Below, in pieces: positions 60,420 to 64,000 of a stretch of 64,000 nucleotides of DNA. Positions within the stretch are counted from its first letter, which is position 1. Every line of letters begins with the position of its first letter. This stretch comes from Rebecca billardiae RCC1528 (Eukaryota; Protista; Haptophyta), in NCBI GenBank assembly GCA_965240325.2, contig OZ251230.1, positions 62,001 to 126,000 of the forward strand, given 5' to 3'. The position numbers and the translations under genes are program-made. Under the pieces are notes generated by a model, which worked only from the letters and a program-made list of their open reading frames with translations, had not been told where the DNA came from and ran no database searches.

Positions 60420-60982
60420 CACTGATATGACTGCGCGCCGGGGCCGCGGCGGCGCTGCCGAGTAAGCCGCTGCCGGAGCTGGCGGTGCCGCAGTGCCCGG
60501 CTGAGCAGCTAGCGGTGCGCTCGGCCGGCGGCGCGCAGTGTGGCCGCAGCAACTATACTGCTGTACCGCCGCTCGCCTTGATGTCTGTCCGACGGTCACT
60601 ATACTACATATATATATTATGGCCCGCGGTGTAGGGCGGAGCGCGTAGCGTGGAGCCCCGCCGGGGGCCCTCACTACGTTGTCAAAAAGATCTTTTGATC
60701 AAAGAAAAGGGGACGGGGGACGATTTTGAGGGGTGTTGGAGGGTGAGTTTTCGCTTTTTCGAGGGGTACGTTGGCCCATAGTGCTCTGCATTAGCAACTA
60801 CGTACGCGCTTGACGAAATAAGCGCGCCCACGCCATTCCGCATAAGTCGATGGACGGACGTGGGATCAGATACCCCGGGGGTGAAACAAGTGAGTATTTT
60901 TGTCATTCTTGTATGCTGGAGTACGAGTTTGCCGAGCGACGTTTGATTGTTTTGGGTCGAAAACAGCTATGAGGCCAGATGC

Positions 60983-61194
60983 TTCTGAATAGCGCTCGCT
61001 TTGTTTAAACACCTACCCGCCTGTCTCGATGGATGAACCGCCCTATAATATTAAAAGAGATTCTTTTGAATAGCGCTTGTTCAACCACATTACCCGCCTG
61101 CCTCGATGGATGAACCGCCTGTGCACTAATGTTAAACGAGATTCTTTGAATGGCGCCTATGGCGGCTTGTTAAAACGTAACAAGTTACCCGCCT
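60983..61194. repeat. About 2.5 imperfect ~80-bp tandem repeats in a lower-GC segment
   Basis: TGAATRGCGC at 60986, 61067 and 61147; TACCCGCCT at 61014, 61091 and 61186; CTCGATGGATGAACCGCC at 61025 and 61102. Confidence 0.8.
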
Positions 61195-61725
61195 ACAAAC
61201 CGGGCCTAAGCGCAACCTTTTGAAAGTGCATGTTGATGTGCATGGTCAGGGTCCTCCTCAACTACTGCATGTCGGCGTACTGCGTGCGCGCGCGGCGCGC
61301 TGTTATTTACCGATGCATCACTTGGTGCTGGAAACATAGGCCATACACGGGCACTTGGAAGTGATCAAGTTTTGCTACCTATTCGCAATAAGTTGGATAC
61401 TGGGAGCCGCCAGGCGCGCGCGGGGCGCCCTACGCTCACTTATTCGACCGAGCACGGACGGCCCTCGACTCTCGAGCTGCTCGCTCGCTCGTTCGCGTTC
61501 GCTTCGTCGCTGCGGCGCCCTGACCGGGGACGTGCGTGTCGGCGCCGCGTACGCCGCGGTGCGCGCGCGGTGGCGGGAGCCGGCCGGCCGCTGGTCTCCC
61601 CCTCGCGCTCTGCTCTCGCCCTCGCGCTCCGCTCCGGCTCTCCCCGAGGCGTCGCGCGCGTCTCGCTCGGTCCGGTCCGTCGCCAGGCCGTGCCGACGGC
61701 GCGCCCACAGCGCCCCGCTGCAAAG

Positions 61726-62810
61726 CATGCGCGACGAGATCGCGGCGGCGGGGGCGGCGAGATCGCGGCGGAGGCGGCGGGCAACAGCCTGCCCGCGGGC
61801 GTGTTCGTCGCTCGAGGAGGAGCGCGCAAGGGCGAGCCGAGTCCGGAGCACGCTCACGAGCTTGTCGCTCGGACGCTTCGAGGATGAGTGAGCGCGCCGA
61901 GCACGCAGCGGAGATGAGCCGGATGCGCCCGGAGTTCGCGCAGCTGAAGGGCGAGCTCGAGCACGCGAGCTCGCTCCTCGACGCCGAGCGCGAGCTCCTC
62001 CTCAACTCGGTCGACGGCGGCGCTGAGGTGCAGCAGCGTGAGGACGAGCAGCCAGCCAGTCCCGAACGCTCGCAAGACACTGCTGCACGCAAGCGGCGGC
62101 CACGTAGCGCGAGGAGCTGCGCTGGGAATGCGCCGCGCGCGTCGACGCGGCGATCACCGGGCTGCAGGCCTCGGCCGTCGACGCGTTGCGCACCCTCGCC
62201 GCCAGCCGCGACGAGTCCGCCGTCGAGCTGCAGCCGAGCTGCAGCCGAGCTGCGCGCGCAGATGGGCGGCGTCACAGGCACACAGACACTGACAGACAGG
62301 CCGTGCATGCCAGCACGTGCGCGCGGAGGCGCTGTGCGCCGAGCTGGCGAAGCGCGACGCCGAGCGCGACGCGCTGCGCGACGCGGCGACGGACGCGCTG
62401 GGCGCGCGCGGCGCCCTCGTCGCGACGCCCCGTGCAGCAGCTCGAGCAGCCAGCTGTGCGGAGTAGACGGCCGTCGAGGCGATCGGCGCCGGTTCAGGAG
62501 CGCGCACAGGCTCCGAGCCTGCCGTTGGCTGGCCGCCGCCGTCTTCGAGGCCGCCGACGCGGCGGAGGAGGCGGCGGGCGAGCACGGCGGCGCGGTGGAG
62601 CAGGCGCGCACGCGCCGCGGCAGGCGCGACGCGCCGCTCGCCTCGTTCCACCCCGAGCTCCGCTCGCTCGGTCTCGGTGCGCGGCTGCGCAGCGGCAGGC
62701 CGGGGCAGCCGAGTGGCGCGCGCTCTCGCTCTGCCGGCACGAGGCGCGCCGGCTGAGCGACCAGCGGCCCGTCGTCGAGCGCATGGCGCAGCGCGAGCAC
62801 CTCAAGCAGG
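61726..62810 (+). pseudogene. Frameshifted coiled-coil protein gene remnant
   Basis: Coding-like E/A/L/R segments hop among all three frames (FAQLKGELEHASSLLDAERELLL; EELRWECAARVDAAI; ELAKRDAERDALRD; ERMAQREHLKQ) and end at a typical CAG|GTGCGC donor with no good downstream exon. Confidence 0.55.
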
Positions 62811-63297
62811 TGCGCCCGCACGCGCGCACGCGCCGGCCCGCGCCGCGCGCCGCCTCTCGCCCTGCGCGCGCGCGCCGCCCCAGCGGCCGCTTCCCCGCGC
62901 GCGGCCCGCGCGGCGACAGTCCTCAGGCGAACTGTTACACATGTCAGACTGACAGTGACAGCCGACGGCCGACGGAGGGTGCACCGCGGGCCTCTAACTG
63001 CGTTGGTTCTACGGAAGGACCGCGGAACGCGGTCATACTACGTCATCACGGAGCAGTGCCCCGGAGTCGTCGTTATCGGGCGGCGGCTCAGCCGGCAATC
63101 GCCAATCCCGAACTCCGCCGCCGCAACGACAGTTCTAGCTGCCAGCTCGGCAGAATAGGGCGCTCGGATGGATAGTGATGCGCCACTGCTCGCTGCTGCT
63201 CGTAGTCTGATGGCGCGCGCGTCATCCCGACGATATGATGACGACGACATCTATCTGCTTCATGTCCGCGCGCGATGAGGCTCCACGCGTCGCGGCC

Positions 63298-63951
63298 TCA
63301 CGCGACCCAGTCGCGCGCGCTCGCGCCGCCGCGCACGGCAATCTCCGCGATTGAGGGCGGCCGTGGTGGCTTGCCGGCGTGCGAGCTCTGGCCCTCGACG
63401 GGCCAGTATTTTTCGAAGGCCCAGTCGATCGCGTGCTCGCACGGCTCGTCGAGCAGCGTGGGCAGGAATGGGATCAGCGCGAGCCCCGTGACGGTCGGGC
63501 CCCACTTTGTGAACCGGCCCGCGCGCTTGAACATTGTGCCCGCGACGTGCACGGTCTGGTGGATCATCACGGCGGGGAGCACGAGCGATGCGCTCAGCTG
63601 GAAGAGCGTCGCGTGCGCCGCCGCGCGCGGCACGTTGGGCTCCGGCTTCTGCGCCTCCTTGTACGCCGTGTACCCGATGTCGCCCGTGATGTACGCGATC
63701 GCGAGGCCGTACGTCGCGTTCACCGCCCAGCGCGGCACGATGGGGCGGAAGGCCTCGCCCACGTCGCTCGCGTACGCGGTGTACCGCACGTTCATAAGCG
63801 CCGCGCGGCCCACCGTCGCCATCTTCACGTTGAACAGCTGCCGGATGCGCAGGCCGAACGCGGCGTAGCGTTCGGCCGACTCGTCGAGCTGCTCCGCCTC
63901 CTCCGCCTGCCCCTGCGCGTGCGCGAGCCCCATGTTCGTGTCCACGCCCAT
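63298..63951 (-). CDS. MTFP1: Mitochondrial fission process protein 1 (MTP18 family); may have an upstream exon beyond the window
   Basis: RYTAYASDVGEAFRPIV..YGLAIAYITGD..FQLSASLVLPAVMIH..WGPTVTGLALIPFL..D. A possible CCCGCAG acceptor sits 2 nt before the ATG. Confidence 0.85.
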   Translation of the reverse strand: MGVDTNMGLAHAQGQAEEAEQLDESAERYAAFGLRIRQLFNVKMATVGRAALMNVRYTAYASDVGEAFRPIVPRWAVNATYGLAIAYITGDIGYTAYKEAQKPEPNVPRAAAHATLFQLSASLVLPAVMIHQTVHVAGTMFKRAGRFTKWGPTVTGLALIPFLPTLLDEPCEHAIDWAFEKYWPVEGQSSHAGKPPRPPSIAEIAVRGGASARDWVA

Positions 63952-64000
63952 GCCTGCGGGCGCGGGCGCGGGCGGCGCGCGCCGAAGTGGGAGGTTGAGC

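Noticed and set aside
60983-61194. 80-bp repeats as CRISPR or tRNA array
   Set aside because: Whole units are similar rather than repeat plus unique spacer, and there is no cloverleaf or TTCRA motif.

Overview
This is a eukaryotic nuclear window of extremely high GC content. Genes have short GT(GCGC..)-(..GCGC)AG introns, and a bipartite plastid-type presequence plus a GT48 beta-1,3-glucan synthase suggest an alga with a secondary red plastid; a Pavlovales-type haptophyte fits best (inference). About 16 intact genes can be modelled: LtrA-like membrane protein, CTFxP-repeat protein, a 4658-aa single-exon polycystin-1-like adhesion receptor, cyclophilin-like protein, LRR receptor-like protein, GaaA-type D-galacturonate reductase, STK16/NAK kinase, pirin, ANTH-TKL kinase fusion, acylated HET-domain protein, a clan GH-A hydrolase fused to a GT48 glucan synthase, codanin-1-like protein, MTP18/MTFP1, and three orphans. 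There is also a frameshifted coiled-coil pseudogene. Non-coding highlights: (i) a ~620-nt highly base-paired minus-strand element at ~35720-36350 with a pseudoknot and G.U strand bias that matches no RNA family I can recognise; (ii) a young 3062-bp element with 652-bp terminal inverted repeats and a 5-bp target duplication, just upstream of the giant receptor; (iii) a ~535-bp MITE-like element; (iv) a lower-GC insert with ~80-bp repeats. Most of the hundreds of long ORFs in the track are antisense or off-frame artefacts of GC bias. All assignments are by eye; no searches were run.
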